A DNA stretch of 64,000 bases, from assembly GCA_041916555.1 (NCBI GenBank), contig JAYRZH010000002.1:4612-68611 (forward strand). The letters are read 5' to 3'. This document shows positions 45,872 through 56,327 of the stretch, piece after piece. The position numbers and the translations under genes are program-made. The notes below the pieces were generated by a model. That model did no database searches. It saw only the letters and a program-made list of their open reading frames with translations, and was not told where the DNA came from. Every line of letters starts with the position of its first letter. Position 1 is the first letter of the stretch. This DNA comes from Chitinophagaceae bacterium (GTDB lineage: Bacteria; Bacteroidota; Bacteroidia; Chitinophagales; Chitinophagaceae).

Positions 45872-47779
45872 TTACGCCAGGTACTTATTATACCAATATT
45901 GGAATGAAAGCAGGATCCAGATCTTCTCCACCGTATCGTGCGTTACAGAAGATTGAAGTTCCTTGCGGATATTTTCAATATAGGAAGGGTTAATGATGCC
46001 TTGTTCACGTATGGCCTCTTCACGGAAAAGATCCTTGAAAAGGTAATCATTTAATTCGTGTTTGAACCAGTTTAGCATGGGAACATCAAATCCTTTCTTC
46101 GGACGGTGGTAAAGCTCTGTTGGCAAGAGGTTTCGGAACGCATCCCGCACAATCCGCTTCCGGTCATTTCCTTTGATCTTATACTTGGCCGGAAGGGAAA
46201 AGGCAAACTCCACCACATGGTGATCAAGGAATGGAGAACGTACCTCCAAACCATTGGCCATGCTCATACGGTCCACCTTAACCAGCATATCCCCCGTTAA
46301 CACGAGTTCCATATCTGTTCGCAAGACAGAGTTGAAGTCATCCTCGTTCAAAAACCGAAGGGCGTGTTTTCTCACCTCCTCCACCTGGCTTTGCTGCACT
46401 TTGGCCATGGCTTCCGGTGTCAACAACTGGCCAATATCCTCACCGGTATGGATGGTAGCCCATCTCCAATAGCGGTCATGACAATTCAATTTGCTGCCTT
46501 CGGCAAAACGGTCAAGCTGCCTTACCAGGTTGCCAAAACTGCTGGTTCGGTTTCGGGGCATGGCCTTCCAAATGGGATGTCCCGCTCTGACCAGAAAATT
46601 CATCAGCCCTTTCCGACGGGCCCTCCATTCAGCATAGTGTTTATTGTATCCGGCAAAAACCTCATCACCCCCATCCCCGGAAATGGCCACAGAAACATAC
46701 TTGCGGGTTTGTTGGCTCAGGATAAACTGGGGAAGAAGCGAAGGATCGGCAAAGGGTTCATCGACATAATCAAGGGCCGGAAAAAAGGCATCCAGATAGT
46801 CGGAATGATCAAGGTAAAATACCGTGTGATCGGTTTGGAATTTCTTGGCTACAAGTTCGGCGTAATAGGTCTCGTCAAAAAAATTGTCCCCCTTATACCC
46901 CACTGAAAACGTACGCACGTGTTTGACATGCCGGCTGGCCAGCGCCACCATCACAGATGAATCAATACCGCCACTTAAAAAGGCGCCCAGGGGCACATCA
47001 CTGATCAGTCTTTTTTGCACTGCCTCATCAAGCAGGCTTACCAGTTGCCGTTGAGCGGCTCTGTACCGGGGTGCCTTTTCATAATGCCCTGGCATGGGCA
47101 GTTCATACCAGGCTTTCTCTGTTCTGGTACCGGCAGCCACATTCATTTCCAAACAATACCCAGGGGCCAGTTTTCGGACCCCTTGAAGAATGGTTTGCGG
47201 CTGAGGAATATAGGAAAGCTGAAAATACTGGTATAAGGTGCTGTAGTTGATTTCCCTGGGAATGTCAAAGGCCATAACCGCCTTCATCTCTGAGGCAAAG
47301 ATCAGGTTGTCCGCATCTTCGTACAAGTACAAAGGTTTCTTACCAAACCGGTCGCGGGCCATGTAGATCCTGTTCTCCAGGGTATCATAAACGGCAAAGG
47401 CAAAAAAACCTTCCAGGTGGGGCAAACAATCAAACCGTTGCCGGATAAAAAGGTGAAGGAGTATTTCGGTGTCTGACTGCGACCTTAAGGCTGATCTTTG
47501 TTCATCGTCAAAAAAACGGTCGCGGAGTTCCTGGTAGTTAAAGATTTCCCCATTGAAAACGATGACCCATCTTCCGGTAGGGTCCCACTGAGGCTGGTGA
47601 CCTGCTTCACTGGTATCAATGATCGACAGGCGGCGGTGACCCAACGCTACATGATGGTTGGAATAGACTCCTTCATCATCAGGCCCTCTTTTTTCAAGGG
47701 AACGAACGGATTGTTGTATTTTTGAAAGTCGTTGCCTCCCTCGGTCCGTTCGGGCAATGATTCCGGTGATGCCGCACAT
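45872..47779 (-). CDS. Asparagine synthase (glutamine-hydrolysing)-family amidotransferase
   Basis: N-terminal nucleophile 'MCGITGI' and the PP-loop 'FLSGGIDSS'. Confidence 0.85.
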   Translation of the reverse strand: MCGITGIIARTDRGRQRLSKIQQSVRSLEKRGPDDEGVYSNHHVALGHRRLSIIDTSEAGHQPQWDPTGRWVIVFNGEIFNYQELRDRFFDDEQRSALRSQSDTEILLHLFIRQRFDCLPHLEGFFAFAVYDTLENRIYMARDRFGKKPLYLYEDADNLIFASEMKAVMAFDIPREINYSTLYQYFQLSYIPQPQTILQGVRKLAPGYCLEMNVAAGTRTEKAWYELPMPGHYEKAPRYRAAQRQLVSLLDEAVQKRLISDVPLGAFLSGGIDSSVMVALASRHVKHVRTFSVGYKGDNFFDETYYAELVAKKFQTDHTVFYLDHSDYLDAFFPALDYVDEPFADPSLLPQFILSQQTRKYVSVAISGDGGDEVFAGYNKHYAEWRARRKGLMNFLVRAGHPIWKAMPRNRTSSFGNLVRQLDRFAEGSKLNCHDRYWRWATIHTGEDIGQLLTPEAMAKVQQSQVEEVRKHALRFLNEDDFNSVLRTDMELVLTGDMLVKVDRMSMANGLEVRSPFLDHHVVEFAFSLPAKYKIKGNDRKRIVRDAFRNLLPTELYHRPKKGFDVPMLNWFKHELNDYLFKDLFREEAIREQGIINPSYIENIRKELQSSVTHDTVEKIWILLSFQYWYNKYLA

Positions 47780-47795
47780 CTGACGCCTTTATTTT

Positions 47796-49166
47796 ATGCA
47801 ATATATTACTATAAACGATTACTTATTACTTCCCATCTTTCTTTTTATTGTATTCATACTGGCTGCCTATTACCGGAACAGAAGCTACCCTGTACTTCAC
47901 CCGCTGCGCAAATATTTTATGCCGGCCTTTACTGTCAAAATCATCGGGGCCATATTTATCGGGATCGTTTACCAGTATTATTATAAGGGGGGCGACACCC
48001 TCAACTTCTGGGCCCACTCCACCCTGATAAATTCCTCCTTGTCGGATTCTGTGGTTACCTGGTTCAAGTTGATCACCGCCTCCGCCGATCCCTATGATAC
48101 GGATGTGTTCCCCTATACCGCCAAAATGATCTGGTACAGCAGCCCGGCCGACTACCTGGTTCCTGCCATCGGGGCTTTTATCGGGGTTTTTACACTCACT
48201 ACCTACCTGCCTACCGCAGTGGTATTTTCCGCCTTGTCCTTTATCGGAGTTTGGAAAATGTTTGTGGTGTTTGCCAAACTTTATCCCCGGCTGCACAAGC
48301 AAATGGCCATTGCCGTTCTGTTTATTCCCAGTGTATTCTTCTGGGGCTCGGGATTCCTGAAAGATACACTCACCTTTAGTTGCCTGGGTTGGCTTGTTCA
48401 TTATTTTTACCTGATCTTTTACGACAATAAGAATATTCTGTCCAACAGCATCAAGGCCCTGTTTTTTCTCTATATCATCTTTATAGTAAAATCTTATATC
48501 GTTCTGGCCTTTCTGCCCGCTGCCATGCTTTGGGGCATGGGTCTTTTATCCTACAATATCAAAGATACCCGATGGATCATTGTGTCCAGGTACATGCTTT
48601 ACGCGGTGAGCCTCGTGGCCCTCATTGTGGTTGGAGGAAAAATGCAAACTCAATTGTTCGGGGAATACAATGTGGAGAGTATCGCCTTTAAATCGGCGGT
48701 AACCCGTGATTATCTCTACCGGATATCCACGGAACAGGATGGATCGGGTTATACCCTGGGGGACATGGATCCCACCCTGTTTGGTATGTTGGAGAAAGCG
48801 CCTGCGTCGATCAATGTAACCTTGTTCAGGCCCTATTTATGGGAAGCCCGAAAACCGATCGTGATGCTATCGGCGCTGGAGTCGTTGGTCTTTCTGGTTT
48901 TTACGATTGTGGTGATATTCAAGAACAACCCCATCCGGGTGGTCTTGCGGATCCTGGGGGATGAAACCCTTCAGTTCTGTCTGATCTTCACTATCGTATT
49001 TGCCTTTGCGGTTGGACTTTCCACGTCCAATTTTGGTTCTTTATCCAGGTACAAGATACCCTGTATGCCCTTCTATCTGGCGTTTCTGTTCATCATTTTC
49101 AACCCACCCAAGGAACAGTTGGTGCTACGAAAAAAGTTCCAGGAAAAGAAGGCTGGCGGAACGTAG
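47796..49166 (+). CDS. Polytopic membrane protein of unknown family (Wzy-like polymerase or GT-C-like candidate)
   Basis: About 10-12 hydrophobic helices and no motif I recognise. It is the only + strand gene in the glycan locus. Confidence 0.4.
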   Translation: MQYITINDYLLLPIFLFIVFILAAYYRNRSYPVLHPLRKYFMPAFTVKIIGAIFIGIVYQYYYKGGDTLNFWAHSTLINSSLSDSVVTWFKLITASADPYDTDVFPYTAKMIWYSSPADYLVPAIGAFIGVFTLTTYLPTAVVFSALSFIGVWKMFVVFAKLYPRLHKQMAIAVLFIPSVFFWGSGFLKDTLTFSCLGWLVHYFYLIFYDNKNILSNSIKALFFLYIIFIVKSYIVLAFLPAAMLWGMGLLSYNIKDTRWIIVSRYMLYAVSLVALIVVGGKMQTQLFGEYNVESIAFKSAVTRDYLYRISTEQDGSGYTLGDMDPTLFGMLEKAPASINVTLFRPYLWEARKPIVMLSALESLVFLVFTIVVIFKNNPIRVVLRILGDETLQFCLIFTIVFAFAVGLSTSNFGSLSRYKIPCMPFYLAFLFIIFNPPKEQLVLRKKFQEKKAGGT

Positions 49167-50204
49167 GCTATAATGGTCCTCCATGTGCTGGCGGCCTCGC
49201 TTACCCATACGTTCACGCAAGGAAGCATCCCCAATTAGTTTTTGCAATCCTCTCTTCCATTCCTCTGGGGTAGCGGCGATATAGCCACATTCTTCATGGA
49301 GCAAAATCCTGGGGTTCACCCCCACGGGAGAGGCAAGGGCTGGAATTCCACATGACAAATACTGAATGAGTTTGAACCCGCATTTACCCTCAAACCAGGG
49401 GCCCTTCTTTAGAGGCATTACCCCGATATGCATCCTCAGCAGGTCTTCCAACTCCGTTTCAGCTTTCCACCGGATGAATGTAAAGGGGAAATCCCAATCG
49501 GGTGGTTTATTGGAAATGATCAGCAGTTCGCAGTTGTTTTCAAGGACCAATTCCCTCAATACCCCTTCTATCTCTTCCAGGTTATGAAGGGTAGTGTGCG
49601 TACCTGTCCAACCCACCACTACTTTATCCCCCTCAAACTGGTTGCGTAACGCGTGATGCCCGTTCTCGGTATCCACTACCGTAGGGATCAGGATCACATT
49701 TTTGTTATACGGACGCGCATAATCACACAGGAACTCATTCCCACCCACTACCTTATACGACCATTTGATGATAAACCGGATCTTCCAGGTGGCTTTGAGA
49801 AATTTTTTTAGAAAAGAAATTTTCTCGCCCCCCGGTATCCATATTGCATCATCATATTCGTGAATGATTTTTTTTCTGAATATTTTGGCCAGCATCCATT
49901 CAAATACCGGTGGCCCAAGAGGGGCAGCCTCCCGGTGAATAAATACATAATCTGCCTGCAGGGAACGAAACAAGTGACCGGTACGGCGTAGGAACCCTTT
50001 AACCGTACCCAGGCCTTTTTGCAGGGCATTGCCTTTTTTATACAGGACCTTCCAGGCTGATTCATCCAGAAAGGTCAGCATTTCATACGAATACCCTTCC
50101 TTATCCAACAAGGGAAGAAACAATTCCACCCTGAAACGTTGTGAAGGCGCTTCCCCAAGGGGATAGGGAACCCAAAAATGTATATGCGGTTTCTTATCAG
50201 GCAT
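49125..50204 (-). CDS. Glycosyltransferase (GT-B, GT1/GT4-like)
   Basis: 'FEGKCGFKLIQYLSCGIPALASPVGVN' region. The start at 50204 overlaps the upstream stop codon (ATGCCTGA). An alternative ATG lies at 50258. Confidence 0.65.
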   Translation of the reverse strand: MPDKKPHIHFWVPYPLGEAPSQRFRVELFLPLLDKEGYSYEMLTFLDESAWKVLYKKGNALQKGLGTVKGFLRRTGHLFRSLQADYVFIHREAAPLGPPVFEWMLAKIFRKKIIHEYDDAIWIPGGEKISFLKKFLKATWKIRFIIKWSYKVVGGNEFLCDYARPYNKNVILIPTVVDTENGHHALRNQFEGDKVVVGWTGTHTTLHNLEEIEGVLRELVLENNCELLIISNKPPDWDFPFTFIRWKAETELEDLLRMHIGVMPLKKGPWFEGKCGFKLIQYLSCGIPALASPVGVNPRILLHEECGYIAATPEEWKRGLQKLIGDASLRERMGKRGRQHMEDHYSLRSASLLFLELFS

Positions 50205-51399
50205 ATATCTGTGGATAAATGGCCGCAGGAATCGAGAACGAACGGTACTTGACGGCATTGGAAACTATCCGTTGCCGCAAAACCGTCCGGTCACCCGATA
50301 ACAGGTTGTCCATTTTCTTTAGCGCCGCCTCATGATCCTGCTTACTTGCTATATCCAAAACCACCCCGGTTTGAGTGGCTTCAATAATTTCCGAATCGTC
50401 CGAAATACCGGGACCGATCAATGTTGGCAGCCCCATGGCCCAATATTCGCCGTCTTTGATCGGGGTGCAATACCTTTTGGATGGAACCGGTTTTACCGGG
50501 TTAATCCCAAAATCCCCCACCGACAGGTATCGGGGAACTTCCTGGTGCGGAACAAAGCGATTGATCAGGATATGCCGGGGCACCAAGGCCTTGTCGAGAC
50601 GGGCATCCAGCACTTCCCGCTTTTCGTTGGTCAGTATCAGGAACCGGAAACGTTCTCCCCAATACGAATGAGCGGAGTGCAAAAATGAAAACACTTCCTC
50701 ATCATAATAAATACCCCCCAGTTTTCCGGCATACACACAAACGATATGGTCTGGTGTCAATCCCAACTCCTGTAGCAGGGTGGGATCTTTTGGCATAGGA
50801 TAAAACTGGTTTGTATCGACACATGCCCCCTTTACAAACATTTTTGGGGTTATATCCACTCCGTATGTTTTGAGGGCATAATCCTTCATCCCCGCGGTTG
50901 CTGAAATTATATACCTGGCCCGGATCGCCTGTCTTTTTTCCAACCAGAAAAGCAATCGGTAGGCCCAGCCAGTTTTCGCCCAGGTGCCATTTTCCACCAT
51001 GGCCTCGGCATGGGGTTCAAAACTATCGATCACCAGTTTCCGTGAGCTTAACACACTCAGCATCCAGGCAAAGCCACCAGCCGGTGTACAAAAGGCATGG
51101 AGCAGGTCAACCCGTTGGGCAATGGTCACCCGGTATAAGCCCAGCATCTGCCCGAAAAAAGAAAGCATCTTCCGAACCCCATACCGTTTATATTCCAGGG
51201 TGTACAATTCCATATTTCTGGATGCCCATTCCCGGTTGATGGCGTCCTTTTCCTCCCGGCTAAGGGCAATCTTGGATTGCTCCGCTGTCACCACAATGAT
51301 TTTTTTATCCATTGGGATGACCTTTCGCATCAGGTCAACATAGGGGAGCGTATAAGTCTGTATCAAGGCGTCTTTATAGCTCCACTGGGTGAAAACCAT
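50197..51399 (-). CDS. Glycosyltransferase (GT-B, GT4-like)
   Basis: 'CTPIKDGEYWAMGLPTLIGPGISDDSEII' region. An alternative ATG lies at 51438. Confidence 0.55.
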   Translation of the reverse strand: MVFTQWSYKDALIQTYTLPYVDLMRKVIPMDKKIIVVTAEQSKIALSREEKDAINREWASRNMELYTLEYKRYGVRKMLSFFGQMLGLYRVTIAQRVDLLHAFCTPAGGFAWMLSVLSSRKLVIDSFEPHAEAMVENGTWAKTGWAYRLLFWLEKRQAIRARYIISATAGMKDYALKTYGVDITPKMFVKGACVDTNQFYPMPKDPTLLQELGLTPDHIVCVYAGKLGGIYYDEEVFSFLHSAHSYWGERFRFLILTNEKREVLDARLDKALVPRHILINRFVPHQEVPRYLSVGDFGINPVKPVPSKRYCTPIKDGEYWAMGLPTLIGPGISDDSEIIEATQTGVVLDIASKQDHEAALKKMDNLLSGDRTVLRQRIVSNAVKYRSFSIPAAIYPQIYA

Positions 51400-51416
51400 A
51401 AGACATCTGTTGATCT

Positions 51417-52310
51417 TTATCGGAGCCTTTGCACCCATTTTCTGCCTATCAGTGATTTTAAAAACAACAATATAAATTTCTTATTTAGCCCTGCCCCTTT
51501 GATCGCCTGCCAGGTTTCACGCAGCGAAGCCCCGCGGTGGTGGTCAAGATATTCATGGATACCACAGAAATAATGTGACCAGGCCCTGAGTTTCCGCTCC
51601 TGTCCCTCACTCAGGGAAAGTTCATTCACGGCCCACTCCGTCGCGCGGCGTCTCGCCTCAATCACCCGCTGGTTGTTACCCATGGAGCGTTCGTCATGCT
51701 CCCGCATACTCAGGCATACTTTGTCCTTGATAAAAATCCGGTACCTGTCGGTATTGACAAGAATAAACAACCAGTCTTCCATACTGGAAAGGTCACGCTG
51801 GGGTGGAAAGGGTCTGTAATGCCCGTCTTTTATCCTAATACAATAATTACAGGCCAGTATATTTCCTTCTAAGAAAAAATCGCGGGTGTACCATCCTTCC
51901 TGAAGTGATTGTATCGGAGCCGGACGGTGGCGGCCATCACGCAGGAGAAAATCATATTTGGTGGCCAGAAAGTGTATGCCGGGTGTCTTTCGGATCACTT
52001 CATACAAGGTTGCCAGATAATCGGGCATCATCAGGTCATCCGAATCAAAAAACAGGGCAAACTCACCAGTGGCTTTCTCCAGGCCATAATTACGGGCGGC
52101 TCCCCGTTCCTCATTGGCCTTTTTGAAATAACGCACTTTTTCATGGCCTTCAAAAAAACGATGGATAACCGATTCCGTATCATCCGTACTGCCATCGTCA
52201 ACAATCAATATCTCAAAATCAATAAAGGTTTGGTCCAATACGGAACGTATCGTCTCGGGCAGCAGGGAAGCACGGTTATAGGTTGGGATGATAACGGAGA
52301 AAAAACTCAT
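51417..52310 (-). CDS. Glycosyltransferase family 2
   Basis: 'FSVIIPTYNRASLLPETIRSVLDQTF...ILIVDDGSTDDT' and 'FFDSDD'. Confidence 0.85.
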   Translation of the reverse strand: MSFFSVIIPTYNRASLLPETIRSVLDQTFIDFEILIVDDGSTDDTESVIHRFFEGHEKVRYFKKANEERGAARNYGLEKATGEFALFFDSDDLMMPDYLATLYEVIRKTPGIHFLATKYDFLLRDGRHRPAPIQSLQEGWYTRDFFLEGNILACNYCIRIKDGHYRPFPPQRDLSSMEDWLFILVNTDRYRIFIKDKVCLSMREHDERSMGNNQRVIEARRRATEWAVNELSLSEGQERKLRAWSHYFCGIHEYLDHHRGASLRETWQAIKGAGLNKKFILLFLKSLIGRKWVQRLR

Positions 52311-52325
52311 GGCTGTGCGGCGATG

Positions 52326-53456
52326 CTAATCGAGTAGTTCTTTGTAAAGTTCAATATGCATACGGGTTTTCTCCTGCACACTAAAGGCAAAGGCATCCTT
52401 CTTGGCCTGCTCGGCCATCCGTTGAGCCTCTGCCGGGTGTTCTTTCATATAAGTAACCGCCTTTGCAATGGCGGGGGCATCTTTAAACGGCACCACATAG
52501 GCGTTCTCCATATGCCTTGCGGTTTGGTAGGCATACCCAGATAAGGTTAAAACCTGTGGCCTTTTAGCCATCATGCCTTCAATGATGGTAATACCGCCTG
52601 TTTCCACATGTTCATCAACAGGAACATGCAGGTGGATATCAAATAACTGGTAAAGCGCGGAAGTATCATTCACAAAACCACCATACACCACTTTATCCTG
52701 CAACCCATATTGGGTGATCAGCTCCATGGCTTCATCATAGTAAGATCCCTTGACCCCAAATATGTAAAACCGGATATCGGGCTGGTCTTTTAATAAATTG
52801 GCCGCTTCGATGATATACTGGTGTCCTTTCCAAAATTCAAACCTTGACAATACACCCACCACAAACGACTTCTCCATACCCAGGTGTGATAACTGGTCTT
52901 TTATCGCCTGTATCCTTTCGGCGCTCACTTCATAATCAGCCGGGTTGACCCCATGGTAAATGGTGCGGAGTTTGGTCTTATCAAAATTCCAGTTTTCATC
53001 CAGGTATTTACGGGCAATATCCGAGGTGGCAATCACGCGCTGGGCGGTGTTAAACGTAAACTTATCCAGGCGTTCCTGCTTCTTATTATTAAAATCATGT
53101 GCCCAGCTTACGTTCTCGCAGGTGGTAACAAGTTTGTTTAGTCCGGCCATGCGGCCAGCCACCTGTCCCACCAGGTTCCCAAAAGGAAGCGAGGTATGTA
53201 TCAGGTCAACCTGATATTGGGTGATCAGGTCAGCCGTCAAAAGCATATTCTTGATATGCGACCATTTCCCCGTGTGGGGAAATTTATAAACCGGGATATC
53301 CAATTTTGCCAGGTCATCACAGAGATAGAGGTCTTCATCATCCTTAATATCGATGATCACATATACTTGGTTTACCCCTTCCTTTTTTAATTGTTCTGCA
53401 TACCAGAGCCATTGGAGAGATTTCTTAATGTGAGAAAGACAAAAGAGAACAGTCAT
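52326..53456 (-). CDS. Glycosyltransferase family 4
   Basis: GT-B fold with an 'ETGGITIIEGMMAKRPQVLT' region. Confidence 0.7.
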   Translation of the reverse strand: MTVLFCLSHIKKSLQWLWYAEQLKKEGVNQVYVIIDIKDDEDLYLCDDLAKLDIPVYKFPHTGKWSHIKNMLLTADLITQYQVDLIHTSLPFGNLVGQVAGRMAGLNKLVTTCENVSWAHDFNNKKQERLDKFTFNTAQRVIATSDIARKYLDENWNFDKTKLRTIYHGVNPADYEVSAERIQAIKDQLSHLGMEKSFVVGVLSRFEFWKGHQYIIEAANLLKDQPDIRFYIFGVKGSYYDEAMELITQYGLQDKVVYGGFVNDTSALYQLFDIHLHVPVDEHVETGGITIIEGMMAKRPQVLTLSGYAYQTARHMENAYVVPFKDAPAIAKAVTYMKEHPAEAQRMAEQAKKDAFAFSVQEKTRMHIELYKELLD

Positions 53457-54472
53457 AACCAGGATTTGACCTTTCGCAGCGTGAGCAATACGAAGGTAGG
53501 CAGTTTAAGTTTAGGTGCAATCATCGAGATCCGCTTCTCGGAAGCAGTCCATTCCGGAGGGAAGTTTGTCAATAGGTACTTATAGAGTCTCTTTGAATCA
53601 TTGATCTTTCCGGAAGAGTATAACGCGCTGAGTTGGTAGCAAAGGTGATAAAACAAGCTTCTTTCCTTGTCCACCCGTTCAAAGATCCCCGGGTTAAAGG
53701 AAAACTCATAATCGAGGTGGTAATCAAAAGCAGCCTGCAAGGGTGAAACCGCGCGCAATCGTTTCTCCACATCCTCCCAACCCATGTTTTGGCATAGATT
53801 GACAAATACCTTGCACCAATCTAAAATAAAGCGGTCGTGCTGGGAAACCGATTTGCTTTCTTCATGAAGCCTGTACCGCGCAAAAACATCTGTTACCGGA
53901 TGAAACTGGCACACGCAGGCAAGCCGGGCAAACAGGTCATAATCCATCCCGTAATGCAGCGCTTCTGAAACACGGCCATTGACCATGTCCAGGTACTTCT
54001 TTCTGAAAAATGCTGCCGGCTGCGAAAAGGCCATCCCGGTAATATATCGTTCTATCGATGGATTGGGATATCCAAAATCAATATGCCGGTCGGTTTCGTT
54101 GTCAAAGATCACTACCCCACCATGGATCAATCCGACATCCTGGGAAAGCGCTGAAAAGTACTCGTTCACCTTGAACAAGGTACCGGGGTTAAACAGATCA
54201 TCGCTGCAAAGCCAGGTGATGATATCACCGGTGGCCCGCTGAAAACCTTTGTTGATGGCATCACTTTGACCTTTGTCTTTCTCACTCACCCAATAGGTGA
54301 TATGCTTCTCGTACTTTCGAATGACCTCCACCGATTGATCGGTGCTACCCCCATCGATGACGATCAATTCGAGGTTTGGGTATCCCTGATCAATAATGGA
54401 ACGCAGGGTTTCTTCAATATACTGTCCCTGGTTATAAGAGGGTACTATGATAGATATCTTTAACATGCGCAC
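53453..54472 (-). CDS. Glycosyltransferase family 2
   Basis: 'ISIIVPSYNQGQYIEETLRSIIDQGYPNLELIVIDGGSTDQS'. Confidence 0.85.
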   Translation of the reverse strand: MRMLKISIIVPSYNQGQYIEETLRSIIDQGYPNLELIVIDGGSTDQSVEVIRKYEKHITYWVSEKDKGQSDAINKGFQRATGDIITWLCSDDLFNPGTLFKVNEYFSALSQDVGLIHGGVVIFDNETDRHIDFGYPNPSIERYITGMAFSQPAAFFRKKYLDMVNGRVSEALHYGMDYDLFARLACVCQFHPVTDVFARYRLHEESKSVSQHDRFILDWCKVFVNLCQNMGWEDVEKRLRAVSPLQAAFDYHLDYEFSFNPGIFERVDKERSLFYHLCYQLSALYSSGKINDSKRLYKYLLTNFPPEWTASEKRISMIAPKLKLPTFVLLTLRKVKSWL

Positions 54473-54474
54473 AA

Positions 54475-55506
54475 TTAACGGTGAAACCTTTTTTCAAAAT
54501 ACTTGAAACTCAACCCCGAAAACCATACCAACAATCCCATCAACAAAAAGGAAAGGACAGTTTTTCCGAGTGTATTAAAAAGAAAACCGACTTCATACAA
54601 TACCTGGATAAAGAAGATCTGTAAAAGGTAGATGGAATAACTCCGGTTACCCAGTTCATTGAGGAATCGGTTACGGATCTGGTACTTTCTGCTAAACGAA
54701 AAATAGGAAACAAAAAAGAAAAAAGCAGGGAGCCCCCAGATAAGAAATCGCGGGTAAGACTGCCCATCATACATAACCCGCTCGCGGGGCAATCCGGTAA
54801 AGTCGTACCCAAAATCCTTACCCAGCATAACTACAAAGAGAATATAGGTGGAAACAAGGAACAGCACCTCAGATACCGGCGACAACCTGTCAGCGATCTG
54901 ATCCTGGTAGCGACCCACCAGCAATCCGGTACAGAAGTAAAACAGGAAGGGAGAGGTCAGTTGATCAATAATCACATTCTCAAATCCCCCATATACCACC
55001 CCAGTCATTCCCAATCCAAACAACAGGATCAAGAGAGGGTAAAAATACCGGTGAGAGAACAAGGCTATGCAAAGGGAGGTAATCAGGTAAAAGAGCATCT
55101 CAAAGTTGAGGCTCCACCCCAGGAACACGACAGGATCCTGGTAAATGCCTTCCTTTTCAATGGGAACAAAGAGAAGGCTTTTTAGAATATCTGTGGCGGA
55201 ATAATGAGGAGAAATGGAAGATGTCCGAACGGCATCAAGCAGGAAGTGCATCAAGAGATACAGACCAATAACGGCAAAATACAAGGGGACGACCCGTAGC
55301 AGCCTTTTCTTCAAAAATTCAAGTGGCCGATCATAGTAACCTGTTTTTTCAATGCTGGTAAAGATGATAAACCCGCTGATGAAGAAAAAGATATCCACGC
55401 CGATCGCGCCGCAAAATCGTTGAAGTTCTGTAGGGAAATGAACAAAGACCACCAGCATGGCCGCAATACCCCTTAGGTGTTGAATATTTTCAAGTCTTCC
55501 TTTCAC
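54475..55506 (-). CDS. Acyltransferase-3 family membrane O-acyltransferase
   Basis: 'NIQHLRGIAAMLVVFVH' and about 10 transmembrane helices. Confidence 0.8.
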   Translation of the reverse strand: MKGRLENIQHLRGIAAMLVVFVHFPTELQRFCGAIGVDIFFFISGFIIFTSIEKTGYYDRPLEFLKKRLLRVVPLYFAVIGLYLLMHFLLDAVRTSSISPHYSATDILKSLLFVPIEKEGIYQDPVVFLGWSLNFEMLFYLITSLCIALFSHRYFYPLLILLFGLGMTGVVYGGFENVIIDQLTSPFLFYFCTGLLVGRYQDQIADRLSPVSEVLFLVSTYILFVVMLGKDFGYDFTGLPRERVMYDGQSYPRFLIWGLPAFFFFVSYFSFSRKYQIRNRFLNELGNRSYSIYLLQIFFIQVLYEVGFLFNTLGKTVLSFLLMGLLVWFSGLSFKYFEKRFHR

Positions 55507-55559
55507 GCAGATTATTTGATCAATAAAACTTTCTCATTGGGCTTTGCAAGCAGAGTGTA

Positions 55560-56306
55560 TTAGGCCCAGTTGTGGCTTTTCCTGAACCGCCCATTTTCTT
55601 TTACAAATACCAGGTCTTTTTGCCCAAGCGCAAGGTCCAACGGACGGTTAAGCCCTTCCACCAGATCATATACCACAAACCCTCTTTGCTTCATATAATG
55701 CACAACCTCGTAGAAATCGGGAATATTCGCCAGAAAACGGAACAAAGAAACTTCGAGCACCACTACATCCACCTGATCCAAATACGTCCCGGCACCGTCC
55801 AGGACCTGCAGTTCAAAACCCTGCACATCCACTTTTAGTAATACCTGTTTAAACCCTTGCAACTTTACCCTGGCTATATTCTCCAGTGTATATACCGGGA
55901 CCTTTCTGGTTGAAACTGACCGGTTGGCAACCGATTCACTCTTTGCCAAACTGCTTCCAACTTTGTCTTTACTAACCTCTAATGTCATTTCTCCCTCTTC
56001 TCTGCCCATCACCCCCAAAATATACTCTCCCTTGTATTTTTTCTTCAATCTTTCTAATGCATCCCTGAATTCTTCAAGAGGTTCCACCCATAAAAAATGG
56101 GAATTTGGAAAGGTCTTCTGAAAGGGTGGGGTGCCCGAGGCAGCACCAATATCTATAACCAGGTCTGGATAAAAGCCAAGCGATTTGAGATGATCCAGGG
56201 TTTCCTCCATCTTGTACCGCAGGATATACATATCCTTATATCGCGTGTTTCGTAACTCATACCCGATCCTGGACAAAATCTTGTTTAAAACTTCAACGAC
56301 TGCCAT
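55560..56306 (-). CDS. FkbM-family methyltransferase
   Basis: 'VIDIGAASGT' SAM-binding loop and 'KVDVQGFELQVLDG'. Confidence 0.75.
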   Translation of the reverse strand: MAVVEVLNKILSRIGYELRNTRYKDMYILRYKMEETLDHLKSLGFYPDLVIDIGAASGTPPFQKTFPNSHFLWVEPLEEFRDALERLKKKYKGEYILGVMGREEGEMTLEVSKDKVGSSLAKSESVANRSVSTRKVPVYTLENIARVKLQGFKQVLLKVDVQGFELQVLDGAGTYLDQVDVVVLEVSLFRFLANIPDFYEVVHYMKQRGFVVYDLVEGLNRPLDLALGQKDLVFVKENGRFRKSHNWA

Positions 56307-56327
56307 AGATATAAGGTTTAATTAATG

